From Candidatus Aenigmatarchaeota archaeon (lineage in GTDB: Archaea > Aenigmatarchaeota > Aenigmatarchaeia > GW2011-AR5): 64,000 nt of DNA. The position numbers and the translations under genes are program-made. Below the pieces are notes generated by a model. The model was given only the letters and a program-made list of their open reading frames with translations, made no database searches and was not told where the DNA came from. Of this stretch, positions 38,032 through 46,989 are shown in pieces; the stretch's first letter is position 1, and each line of letters begins with the position of its first letter. Where the stretch lies: positions 17,839-81,838 of the forward strand of contig JACPDL010000003.1 in assembly GCA_016184005.1 (NCBI GenBank), read 5' to 3'.

Positions 38032-40308
38032 TTATGCGCAAATACCCCAGCCGCACTCTACGCAGGTGACGCAGCCTTCCTTGTGCTCGACAGCGCCTGT
38101 GCAGCTCGGACATTCGGTCACTGTGTGCTTGTTTACTGCGCCGCCTACTGGAACACGTATCATCGGCTTCTCTATTGCTTCGATAGGGATAGCCAGTTCT
38201 TGTTCCTTCTTCTCTTCCTTTGCCAGATGCAGGACTTCCTTCACTCTTGAGCCGCTCCTGTAGACTGTCAATGACTTGCAGCCAAGCTGCCAGCCGAGGA
38301 TGTACGCATCGCTCACGTCTTCTTTCGTAGCGTCGTTAGGGAAGTTGCATGTTTTTGATATGCTGTTGTCTATGTTCTTTTGGAATGCAGCCTGCATCCT
38401 TACATGGTCCTCGGGCCTGATGTCAAGCGCAACTACAAAGATTTTCTTCAGGTCTTCCGGGAGATCAATGCCCTGTACGCTTCCATGCTCCTCTACCTGC
38501 TTCATGATTTCATCTGAATAAAGCCCGCGGTCTTTCAACGCTTTCTCGAGGTGCCGGTTCAGGTAGGAAAGCGACTGGCCGCCCATTATGTTTGATTTCC
38601 TGTAGGCAAGGGCGAAATAAGGTTCTATTCCGCTTGCGCAGTCACATATCATGCTTATTGATCCAGTGGGCTGCACTGTTGTCAGCGCCGCGTTCCGCAT
38701 CTTTATGCCCTGCCGTCCATAGATGCTTTGCTTCCAGTTAGGAAAGCTGCCCTTCTCTTCTGCAAGCTCACTGGACATTTCATGCGCCGCGTCGTTAATG
38801 AATTTTACAACCTTCTCGGCTGTGTCGAAACCTTCTTGCGTGTCATAGCCTATGCCCAACCGTATCAGCATATCAGCAAAACCCATTACGCCAAGGCCGA
38901 TTCTTCTGTTACTTCTGAAGGTCTTGTTCACCTTTTCTACAGGAAAGTCTGTAAGGTCTATTACATTGTCAAGCATTCTTACTGAATGACGCGTAACGTA
39001 TCTGAGCCTCTCCCAGTCTACCTGGCCATCTTTAACGAATTTGTCAAGGTTTATGGATCCGAGATTGCACACGTCGCCGTCGTGGAGAAATTGTTCGCCG
39101 CACGGATTGCAGGCCTCTATAGGTCCAAGCTGTGGCAGGGGGTTTGTCTTGTTCACGTTGTCTATAAAGATTACTCCAGGCTCCCCGTTGTTCCACGCAG
39201 CACCTATTATCTCTTCCATTATTTCCCTTGCTGTCATGGTCTCTTCTTTTATGTCAAGCACTGTTCCGTATTCGTCTCTAATGATCCTTCGTGGTTTCAT
39301 CTCCATTCCACGCCATTCGCACATCCAGGGCGAAGGCGCGTTGTTCATGACTTTCTCCATGAAGCCGTCTGTAAGCGCGACTGAGATGTTGAAATTCCTT
39401 ATGTCTCCTTCACGTGCCTTGCAATGAATGAACTCCAGCACGTCAGGGTGCGTGACTTTCATGACAGCCATGTTTGCTCCATGCCTGCCCTGCTGTTTGA
39501 TAACTCCAAAGGACGCATCATAAACGCGCAGGAAAGATACAGGACCGGACGCTACCCCGCGCGAGCGTACAGCGCGCCTGCCAGCCGGCCTAAGCAAATG
39601 GAATGGGAATCCAAGACCAGAACCGGCCTGTTGCAGCAAGCATGCTTCCTTGAGCGTCTCAAAAATGTCGTCCATGCTGTCTTCCATGTGCAGCACGATG
39701 CAATTGGAAACAAGCCTGGTGGGTGCTCCTGCATTTGTGAGTGTCCTTCCTGCTGGAAGGAATTCCAGACTGCTCATGACTTCCCTGAATTCCTGCTGAA
39801 GCTTAGAAATCTTTTTCTGGTTGGCGCCATATTTCTTCTCCACTGTAGCTAGCGCTTTAGCTACGCGCTCAAACATCTCTTCAGGCGATTCAAGCACGTT
39901 GCCGTCATTGTCTTGTATAAGATATCGTCCTGCAAGAACACGCAATGCATTCAAACTAAGATCCTTGTACATTCTTGTGAAGCGGCCGCCTAGTATCCTC
40001 TTGGCTTCGTCCCTGATCTTCATCCTTTCCTGCCTATAAATTATATAGTGCTTTGCTGTCAAGGCGTGGCCGTTATCGATGAGTACCTTTTCAACAACGT
40101 CCTGGACTTCCTCAACAGTAGGAATATAATTGCGCTGCTTTGATGCCCTGTTCTCAAGAACCTTGATAACCTTCTCGGCCAGTTCTTCTGCGAGTTTAAT
40201 GTCCTTGCCCCCGACAGACTGAGCCGCCGAGAATATAGCCCCAACTATCTTTCTCTTGTTAAAGGCCACCATTTTTCCGTCTCTTTTCATTATCTCCTTT
40301 GTCTTCAT
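38032..40308 (-). CDS. nrdJ: Class II (adenosylcobalamin-dependent) ribonucleotide reductase with ATP cone
   Basis: ATP cone KRDG; SNC, GRHGANM, NPCGEQ, CNLGSINL, PTGSIS, ISKTCN; C-terminal Cys cluster; no NrdB nearby. Confidence 0.93.
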   Translation of the reverse strand: MKTKEIMKRDGKMVAFNKRKIVGAIFSAAQSVGGKDIKLAEELAEKVIKVLENRASKQRNYIPTVEEVQDVVEKVLIDNGHALTAKHYIIYRQERMKIRDEAKRILGGRFTRMYKDLSLNALRVLAGRYLIQDNDGNVLESPEEMFERVAKALATVEKKYGANQKKISKLQQEFREVMSSLEFLPAGRTLTNAGAPTRLVSNCIVLHMEDSMDDIFETLKEACLLQQAGSGLGFPFHLLRPAGRRAVRSRGVASGPVSFLRVYDASFGVIKQQGRHGANMAVMKVTHPDVLEFIHCKAREGDIRNFNISVALTDGFMEKVMNNAPSPWMCEWRGMEMKPRRIIRDEYGTVLDIKEETMTAREIMEEIIGAAWNNGEPGVIFIDNVNKTNPLPQLGPIEACNPCGEQFLHDGDVCNLGSINLDKFVKDGQVDWERLRYVTRHSVRMLDNVIDLTDFPVEKVNKTFRSNRRIGLGVMGFADMLIRLGIGYDTQEGFDTAEKVVKFINDAAHEMSSELAEEKGSFPNWKQSIYGRQGIKMRNAALTTVQPTGSISMICDCASGIEPYFALAYRKSNIMGGQSLSYLNRHLEKALKDRGLYSDEIMKQVEEHGSVQGIDLPEDLKKIFVVALDIRPEDHVRMQAAFQKNIDNSISKTCNFPNDATKEDVSDAYILGWQLGCKSLTVYRSGSRVKEVLHLAKEEKKEQELAIPIEAIEKPMIRVPVGGAVNKHTVTECPSCTGAVEHKEGCVTCVECGWGICA

Positions 40309-40344
40309 GCCTTCCACCCCTCATATTTTATTGCCTTGATCTTG

Positions 40345-40522
40345 TTTTCAGTTTCCAGCATTAATAGGAACCCAGCATATTACGTTTATTTAATCGGTTC
40401 CTATTACCTCCGATTCAATAATGCAGGAATATATCCTGAAGGACATAAGTTTTCAGACAAATTACAATGTCCTTCAGATACACCAAAGACATTAATTGTA
40501 CGAATAATTAATGTCTTTCAGT
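40345..40522 (-). promoter_or_regulatory. Highly structured nrdR-nrdJ intergenic leader
   Basis: Perfect 11-13-bp stems: 40362-72/40396-406, 40436-46/40467-77, 40485-97/40506-18. Confidence 0.5.
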
Positions 40523-40530
40523 ATAAATGG

Positions 40531-40974
40531 TCAGCTGACCCTTTTCAGCAGCCTCACTTCTTTCTCAAAGGCCGATATGTCGCCGAACGCCCTGTAAACT
40601 GACGCAAAACGAATGTATGCAACCTTGTCGATGTGCTTGAGTTTCTCCATGAGAATCTCGCCTACTGTCTGGCTTTGGATTTCTGCGCCATAGCTGCGTA
40701 GTTCGGCTTCTACGTCGTTAACTGTCTTCTCGATTGTTTCCTGGCTGACAGGCCTTTTCTCGCATGCTTTCAGCACGCCGCTGAGAAGCTTCTGCCTGTC
40801 GAATCTTTCCCTTCTGCCATCTTTCTTGATGATTATGATGTTGACTTCAGGCCTCTCGTATGTTGTGAATCTCTTGATGCATGAAAGGCACTGCCTCCTT
40901 CGGCGCGTTGTCTCCTCGCTGTCACGCTTGTCAGTGACTTTCGTCTCTTTGTACCCGCAGAAGGCGCATTTCAT
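40531..40974 (-). CDS. nrdR: Transcriptional repressor NrdR
   Basis: CAFC...RRRRQC..C..RFTTYE, ATP cone, VAYIRFASVY. Confidence 0.96.
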   Translation of the reverse strand: MKCAFCGYKETKVTDKRDSEETTRRRRQCLSCIKRFTTYERPEVNIIIIKKDGRRERFDRQKLLSGVLKACEKRPVSQETIEKTVNDVEAELRSYGAEIQSQTVGEILMEKLKHIDKVAYIRFASVYRAFGDISAFEKEVRLLKRVS

Positions 40975-40987
40975 GAGGAACACCAAT

Positions 40988-41058
40988 TCGTGTTATATTG
41001 TGGCCGCGCGTGTGCGTAGCACAACATATTGTAGCTTTAGAGTCCCATATAAAAAGGC
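40988..41058 (-). promoter_or_regulatory. nrdR promoter (TATA ~41047-41055) with tandem NrdR-box-like sites
   Basis: gcacaacatattgtag (41019-41034) and tcgtgttatattgtgg (40988-41003), 31 bp apart. Confidence 0.6.
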
Positions 41059-41125
41059 TTGCTGTAATGCAAAGTAGTCTTCAGAAAGGTGAAATCACTG
41101 GAAGGAAGTTATAGCGATTTTTGCA

Positions 41126-41180
41126 TCTGCAAAGAAGCAAAGCTTCTTTGAGACTCTGAAAAGCTTTGCTTTTCAGGAGA
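41126..41180 (+). mobile_element. Solo ~54-nt twin-hairpin unit
   Basis: caaagaagc-AAA-gcttctttg agact ctgaaaagc-TTT-gcttttcag. Confidence 0.8.
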
Positions 41181-41246
41181 ATAGCGGTAACTATATATAT
41201 CAGGCAGCGACAAAAACAAAATAGAATTTTTGATGAGGTGAAATCC

Positions 41247-41306
41247 ATGCCTGTAAAGAAAAAACACAAGCACAGCACTAAGAAAAACATATGCGAGTAC
41301 TGCTAA
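41247..41306 (+). CDS. Candidate micro-peptide MPVKKKHKHSTKKNICEYC
   Basis: GAGGTGA SD 5 nt before the ATG; C-terminal CxxC. Confidence 0.55.
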   Translation: MPVKKKHKHSTKKNICEYC

Positions 41307-41309
41307 TCC

Positions 41310-41478
41310 TTTCTTATTTTGCTATCGTAAAAACTACTGGTTTTGCTCAGATGAATCTTCGATTCATCTGGCAACTTAAGTCGAGCGAAGCTCAACTTCA
41401 AGTCAACCAGTAGACGAACACGATAGCGAAAGAAATCCTCAAAGAAACCACCACATTCATGTGATGGTTGCATAAGGG
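41310..41478 (+). repeat. B-like composite element: long stem with nested twin hairpin, then an end hairpin
   Basis: gctatcgt/acgatagc and ctactggtt/aaccagtag enclose cagatgaatc-TTC-gattcatctg and gagc-GAA-gctc; then aaccaccacattcatgtgatggtt. Confidence 0.7.
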
Positions 41479-41994
41479 AAAATTATCGACAAGCCTGTCA
41501 AGGAAGCTTTCCTTGTGCGCAAGCAGGCATTTTATTATCATCTTCCTGCACTCGCTGTTCTTTATCGAATAGAAGCGGAAACGCCCTTTCTTGTTGTGCT
41601 TTATTATGCCCTTTTCCATCAGGTACTTCAGGCTCCAAGACAGGCTTGAGGGCGAGTACCCGAGGTCAGAAGCGATCTTCAGCGCATTGGTCTTGTTATT
41701 CTCCATGAGATATACTATAATGTGCCTGAAAGGCTTGTGGCGCAGTATGTCAAGCAGTTCTTTCTCGCTTTGCTCATAAGCCGTGTCGCTTACATAATAA
41801 CGCAAGAAGCGGCCAGTTCTCTCTGCCCTCAGCAACCCCTGCTTGACCAGGAAGTGCAGGTGATAATCGGCAGAGCCTGTAGCGACACCTACTCGCCTCT
41901 GGACTTCCCTGAAGTGAATGCCAGGCGAGCCTTTTATACAGTCGTATATCTTTCTTCTGGTGTCAAGCTCAAGAAAATCTGATACAATCGTCAA
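41398..41994 (-). CDS. Double winged-HTH regulator with atypical C-terminus
   Basis: R..IY..I...PGIHFRE..R...G...YHL; second HTH. Confidence 0.85.
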   Translation of the reverse strand: MTIVSDFLELDTRRKIYDCIKGSPGIHFREVQRRVGVATGSADYHLHFLVKQGLLRAERTGRFLRYYVSDTAYEQSEKELLDILRHKPFRHIIVYLMENNKTNALKIASDLGYSPSSLSWSLKYLMEKGIIKHNKKGRFRFYSIKNSECRKMIIKCLLAHKESFLDRLVDNFPLCNHHMNVVVSLRISFAIVFVYWLT

Positions 41995-42411
41995 TCACCT
42001 GCGGTATATGTACATAAGCATCATGAATGAGAGCAGTATAAGGAACTCCAGCCCTCTTTCTGCGTGTCCAATGAAAACCGTTTCTCTTGGGAAGAAATTA
42101 TCAATGAGGAAAAGAAACTCCTTCAGCGCGAAGAAGAAGAACGCGAGAGAAATTATGAATATCCTTATGTCTTTCTTCCGCTTGAACGCGATGAGTGAAA
42201 TGCCCAAAAGGGCGAAGGATGCCACTGTTGTCCCAAGTATAAGCAGGTCCAGTGCTGTGATGATGTTGTCCTTGCCGCCTATCTGGAACTCCAGCCCGTG
42301 AAAGCCGAACTGCTGCAGGACGACGATGTAAAACACAAGCGCTACTATAAAGAACGCGTAAATTCCAGCTACCGCATAATAAGAAGATACTCTAGATTCC
42401 TTCTGCTTCAT
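41995..42411 (-). CDS. Small multi-TM membrane protein, upstream partner of the HTH gene
   Basis: 4 TM segments; adjacent and co-oriented. Confidence 0.7.
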   Translation of the reverse strand: MKQKESRVSSYYAVAGIYAFFIVALVFYIVVLQQFGFHGLEFQIGGKDNIITALDLLILGTTVASFALLGISLIAFKRKKDIRIFIISLAFFFFALKEFLFLIDNFFPRETVFIGHAERGLEFLILLSFMMLMYIYRR

Positions 42412-42451
42412 CTGCCGCCATGCCTCCAATAAGAACACTTCCCTGAAAAGA

Positions 42452-42619
42452 TTAAAAAGACTTCTGGCGGGACTCGATCCACACGTTTCCTTTCTCAAAC
42501 GCCAGTCCCCTGTTTTTCTCCACAAGTATTCTTTCTATCTCTTTCAGCTCCTTCATCTTCTCGCTTAAATCGAGTTCATTTATGGTGTCGTCTGTGTCCA
42601 GCTCAAAGACGATTTTCAT
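42452..42619 (-). CDS. Small hypothetical protein, 55 aa (MKIVFELDTDD...RQKSF)
   Basis: Manually translated; tight operon spacing. Confidence 0.55.
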   Translation of the reverse strand: MKIVFELDTDDTINELDLSEKMKELKEIERILVEKNRGLAFEKGNVWIESRQKSF

Positions 42620-42623
42620 CTGG

Positions 42624-42734
42624 TCACTTCCTGAATTGGTAGCCGCACAGGTTACAGAAGATTACGCTGTGCGATTTCACTATCTTTCCCCTGAAGCCAT
42701 CGCCGCAGTAATGCTTCTTGAAATAATTCTTCAT
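42624..42734 (-). CDS. Small Zn-finger protein, 36 aa (MKNYFKKHYCGDG...FCNLCGYQFRK)
   Basis: GGGGTG SD; HxC...CxxCG. Confidence 0.6.
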   Translation of the reverse strand: MKNYFKKHYCGDGFRGKIVKSHSVIFCNLCGYQFRK

Positions 42735-43046
42735 TCCCAAACCACCCCGTTTTATCAAGACAAAACTAATCTGCTTTTCTGTCAGCTGCAGCGAAATGAA
42801 GCCTGCATAATGCTATCGTGATGCCGCTCAGACTTGCGAGAAAAGTTGCGTCTTTTTTGCATGCAATACAGTTCATCAAAACCACTGGTTAACTATATGC
42901 AGCGCGTTTAATAGTGGTTTTGGTACAAAGCTCGAAAACTAGTGCAAAAATTGAAACTTCGCATTCCACTGTTTTCTGGTATTAACGGAATAGTTACTAA
43001 GCAGTAACTTCCAGGATTAAATACTTTGCTATCATAGTTGATTTCT

Positions 43047-43736
43047 ATGACATACGCAGAAATTGAGACAATGCAGAAACAGGCAAAAATATTATTCGAG
43101 CCAAGCGGATGGGCACTGTCTTATCAAAAGCTGCACGACCAGACGGATGTCTCTGGCTGGGAAATGTTTCTCTTGGAAAGCCATGATAATTTCAACAACC
43201 CTTTTGCCCAAGCGATGCAAAGCTTATACACAAATAAAGGCTGGTTCGGATTAATTCTTAGAGACGTTATCAGAGACGGCGGAACAGGCACGGATGACAA
43301 AGGAAGGCTGCACTTGACTTATGTTTCTCACGCGGGCACAGAATGGGAACAAGCACATGACATAAAAGCTCCAAAGAATGGTTTTTACGTGCCAAACGAC
43401 GATTGTGAAACAATAAACGGAGTGGTTGTGCCTTTCCAGCCCGGAACAATAGTTCCTTTCGAGACTGTGAAAAGCAAAAAAGAAGCAGTGAAAAGATTTG
43501 AAAAACACGGACTTGATCCAGAATACGTATCTCGTGCTCATAGATTAGACAGCTATAAAGATGATCCGCGGTTCGCTGGTCGCGACTTCGGCCCCGGCCT
43601 CGACGTCGACGGCCGCTTCGACGCGGGTTTCGTCGGGCGCCCTTCCTGCTCCGGCTTTGGCTGGATTGCCTCTCTTCCAGCTTATAGAGAACAGGAACTT
43701 GTGATGAGAGTTCGCGCTATCAAAGAAAAACGATAA
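43047..43736 (+). CDS. Hypothetical protein with a DGR-target-like C-terminal variable region
   Basis: 14 consecutive NNC codons at 43581-43622; GRDF..DGRFDA..RPS. Confidence 0.7.
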   Translation: MTYAEIETMQKQAKILFEPSGWALSYQKLHDQTDVSGWEMFLLESHDNFNNPFAQAMQSLYTNKGWFGLILRDVIRDGGTGTDDKGRLHLTYVSHAGTEWEQAHDIKAPKNGFYVPNDDCETINGVVVPFQPGTIVPFETVKSKKEAVKRFEKHGLDPEYVSRAHRLDSYKDDPRFAGRDFGPGLDVDGRFDAGFVGRPSCSGFGWIASLPAYREQELVMRVRAIKEKR

Positions 43737-43778
43737 AGCAAGTATAAATTATCCGCAACGGCATCTTCAACTGAACAT

Positions 43779-44621
43779 TTACACAAGCGATATGAAGAAA
43801 AAGATTCCTGCAACAGCATAGGCAGCCATAAGCCTGGGATAACTTTTCTCGACATTCTTCATCTTTCTGTGCTCGAGATAGATTATTGCGCCGGTCGCTA
43901 ACGCAAACCACGCAAAATAATTCAAAAATCCCGCCAGTGCAAGATAAGCTATTGTAGCCCCTGCAAGAAGCACAAAAATCTTTGAGAGGGCCACCATTTT
44001 CTTCAGCCCTAAACGGGTTGAAGTTGTTCTAACCCTGCCCTTTTTGTCGTCGTCAATGTCTCTTACCTGCAATAAGATATGCCCGCTTGATGCTACAAGA
44101 AACGGGATTAAACCTAATGTATGCATGTTCAATGTTATTTCTTTTCCTGCGGCGAGTGCGACAATGTAAAAAGGCAGCGTGCCGTAGCCCAGACCGTTCC
44201 ATATAGTCTCTAAATAAGGCCTTTCCTTGATGCGCAGCGGCCGCGCCGAGTATGCGATTATCATGAAATCAGAGAATAAGACAAGATAGAAGACTGCCGC
44301 CGGTAAAAAAACGTAAGCAACAGCCGCAGGCATGATCATTAGGATTATGCTGGTTGCCAGGGCTGTTCCTTTGGAAACCTTTCCGCTTGCAACAGGAAAC
44401 CTGTAAATCTGCCTGCTCTTCCTGTCGCTTTCGTAATCGCAGTAATGGTTGAATGTGATGCTTGCCGAGCAGACCATGATGAAAACCGGCACCAACAGCA
44501 TGTAGGGCAGCGAGAGCGGTGCGTCGATGGCGAGGAACGCAATGAGATAAATTCCAAGCACGAAAATTGACACGTTTGGACGCAGGAGATGGTTTAAGTC
44601 GGTGGGGTTCATGATTATCAT
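43779..44621 (-). CDS. UbiA family prenyltransferase
   Basis: NHYCDYESDR, YS..P.RIK, RDIDDDKKG. Confidence 0.9.
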   Translation of the reverse strand: MIIMNPTDLNHLLRPNVSIFVLGIYLIAFLAIDAPLSLPYMLLVPVFIMVCSASITFNHYCDYESDRKSRQIYRFPVASGKVSKGTALATSIILMIMPAAVAYVFLPAAVFYLVLFSDFMIIAYSARPLRIKERPYLETIWNGLGYGTLPFYIVALAAGKEITLNMHTLGLIPFLVASSGHILLQVRDIDDDKKGRVRTTSTRLGLKKMVALSKIFVLLAGATIAYLALAGFLNYFAWFALATGAIIYLEHRKMKNVEKSYPRLMAAYAVAGIFFFISLV

Positions 44622-44827
44622 TTGATGATACTTAAAGAATATAATTCAAAATAATTAAAGCAAGGATTATCTGAATTTAGCACGATCTTTCGACTCCTTC
44701 CATTTTCTTAATTTCTTGTCTGCGCCGAACATGCTTAACCCAATCTTTTCCAGAAGCCCCTTTTTGTCCTTCATTACAAAATTTATTTGGCTGCACATTT
44801 CTTAAAGATTTTTCGCCAACTATTCGC

Positions 44828-45499
44828 ATGATCAGGGCTGTGCTCTTCGATCTCGACAACACCCTCATAGATTTCATGGGGGCGAAGATGCGCTCATGCG
44901 AGGCAGCAATTGACGCGATGGTCGGCGCAGGATTAAAGATGGAGAAGAAGAAAGCCATCGATATTCTTTTCGGTCTTTACAACCACTATGGAATAGAGTA
45001 CAAGCTGATATTCCAGAAATTCCTGTTCAGTGTTATCGGCAAGATGGACATGAAAATACTGGCAGCAGGCATAGTTGCCTACAGAGAGGTGCAGGCTACA
45101 TACCACAAGCCATATCAAGGTGTTCTGCCATTACTCGCGGTGCTTAGAAAGAAGGGTCTCAAGCTCGGCATAGTATCTGACGCGCCTGTGCTCAAGGCTT
45201 GGCTTCGCCTTACAGAAATGGGCGCTGCAGAATATTTTGATGTTGTTGTCGCATACACAGGAAAAAGAAAGCCGCACCCTTTGCCGTTTAGAAAAGCCAT
45301 CAAAGCTTTGGAGGTGAAGCCGGAGGATATTCTGTTTGTCGGCGACGATCCGAGGCGCGATACAAAAGGAGCTAAAGCCTTGGGCATGAAAACAGCGCTT
45401 GCGAAATATGGTCTCCAAGATAAGTTCAGAAAATATGTTAATAAATACAAAGCAGATTACGAGCTGGCGAGATTCAAAGATCTGTTAGAAATAGTTTGA
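44828..45499 (+). CDS. HAD-family hydrolase
   Basis: FDLDNTL, KPHP, FVGDD..RD..GA. Confidence 0.92.
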   Translation: MIRAVLFDLDNTLIDFMGAKMRSCEAAIDAMVGAGLKMEKKKAIDILFGLYNHYGIEYKLIFQKFLFSVIGKMDMKILAAGIVAYREVQATYHKPYQGVLPLLAVLRKKGLKLGIVSDAPVLKAWLRLTEMGAAEYFDVVVAYTGKRKPHPLPFRKAIKALEVKPEDILFVGDDPRRDTKGAKALGMKTALAKYGLQDKFRKYVNKYKADYELARFKDLLEIV

Positions 45500-45626
45500 T
45501 AGCTGTGCAGCAAAATAGTTCAGCTTATTCCAAGAATCCCGCTTATTGCATCCAGATCTGATAAGATGTTGTTTTTTGTATATATAACGCTTCTGTTATC
45601 TTAGGGCTCAGGTCATAGCTTGCTTT

Positions 45627-45890
45627 TCATTTCCCAATGGCCCATGCTTTAAACTTGTCGTAGGTCGTCGAGCCGCAGATCCATTTCTCAGTTTTCTTGT
45701 TGAAGAAGAACGGCACGCCGCCGCAAAAGCCCTTGTCGAGCTGCCGGAGGAGTTTTGCATTCGCCTCATTGTGCCACACCTCGAGGCGCTGGATTTTTAA
45801 TGCCGTTTCTTTCTCGAGTCTGTCGATAAGCGGCTCCATTGTCTTGCAGTGCGGGCACTCCGTGCCGTAGAACTCGAGCAGGTCTGACAT
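45627..45890 (-). CDS. Thioredoxin/glutaredoxin-like protein
   Basis: ECPHC, CGGVPFF. Confidence 0.88.
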   Translation of the reverse strand: MSDLLEFYGTECPHCKTMEPLIDRLEKETALKIQRLEVWHNEANAKLLRQLDKGFCGGVPFFFNKKTEKWICGSTTYDKFKAWAIGK

Positions 45891-45998
45891 ATATTTTATT
45901 TGTCAGACTGATAAATAAAGTTTTGCTTAAGATTGTATAGCGATTACCGACAACCAACTTTATATTCTCTTTTATGTGTAATCCTTATAGTGATGTAT

Positions 45999-46205
45999 AT
46001 GTCCAAGGAATTTAATGTAATTATAGAAAAAGGCGAAGACGGCTATTTGATATCAGAAGTAATGGAGCTTCCGGGCTGCCATACCCAGGCCAAGACTCTG
46101 GACATGCTTATGAAAAGGACACGAGAAGCTATTTCTCTCTATCTAAAAAGCAAGAAAGGCTTGGAAATAACAAAATTCATAGGCGTGAAAAAGATAAAGG
46201 TCTAG
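45999..46205 (+). CDS. hicB: HicB-like antitoxin
   Basis: VIIEKGEDGY...ELPGCHTQA.T...REAI. Confidence 0.88.
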   Translation: MSKEFNVIIEKGEDGYLISEVMELPGCHTQAKTLDMLMKRTREAISLYLKSKKGLEITKFIGVKKIKV

Positions 46206-46295
46206 CCTTATAGTTAAAATCTGAGACTGATGGATGCAATATATCCTAAAACCATAAGATTCTAATATATATACTAGAGCTACTATCTATATCAT

Positions 46296-46523
46296 ATGGC
46301 TAAATTGCCGCTTCTGACAGCCAAGGAATTAAGCAAGGTTCTGGTTGACATGGGCTTCAGGCCGATAAGGCAAGAAGGAAGCCATATATTCTTTCAACAC
46401 CCAGATGGGAGAACTACTGTCGTTCCTGATCACTCTGGGGAAGAAATAGACAAAGGCCTTCTGAACAAGATAATCAAGAAAGATTTGAAAATAACGAGAA
46501 AAGAATTTGACAAGTATCTTTAA
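46296..46523 (+). CDS. hicA: HicA toxin
   Basis: GF...RQ.GSH.F..HPDGR.T.VP.H. Confidence 0.92.
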   Translation: MAKLPLLTAKELSKVLVDMGFRPIRQEGSHIFFQHPDGRTTVVPDHSGEEIDKGLLNKIIKKDLKITRKEFDKYL

Positions 46524-46546
46524 TTCGCGCATAGCAAAAACTATAT

Positions 46547-46885
46547 TTAGATTATCGGTCTTCTCAGCGGCCTGCCGTTCTGTATTTCAATTGTTTGCGA
46601 GCCGTTCCTTGCAGAAAATCTCCCTCTTCGCGCAATGTGAGTATAAGCCCAGTGGTTTATCTCGACTCTTATTTCCTTTATCCCTTCAAACCCTGTTCCT
46701 TCTCTTTGATAACTCAATTCAATGCCATCCACGTGTTTTGTCTGCCCATACGTGAGCACAACTGGCTTTTCTGTCTTGCCTTCGGCTGTTGTCAGTGTGG
46801 TTCTGAGCGGGCTCTCTACAAGACTACGAAGCTCGCCTTCCGCAAGAACAAGAAGATAATCAGCCCCGTCAAATTCGGCTATCAT
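46547..46885 (-). CDS. Hypothetical protein (ORFan)
   Basis: 112-aa ORF. Confidence 0.6.
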   Translation of the reverse strand: MIAEFDGADYLLVLAEGELRSLVESPLRTTLTTAEGKTEKPVVLTYGQTKHVDGIELSYQREGTGFEGIKEIRVEINHWAYTHIARRGRFSARNGSQTIEIQNGRPLRRPII

Positions 46886-46989
46886 AAAAAATAATAAACC
46901 GCAAATGTATATAACTATTCATAGCGTTTCTTTCTGTGATTTTTGCGTAATTGAAAAACTATATATCCCGCTTCGGCGATATTCTACTC

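Noticed and set aside
38032-40308. Intein or intron in nrdJ
   Set aside because: ORF is continuous, of normal length, and has no splicing motifs.
44667-44774. 35-aa minus-strand ORF (MKDKKGLLEK...)
   Set aside because: No SD or recognisable motif; cannot be supported.
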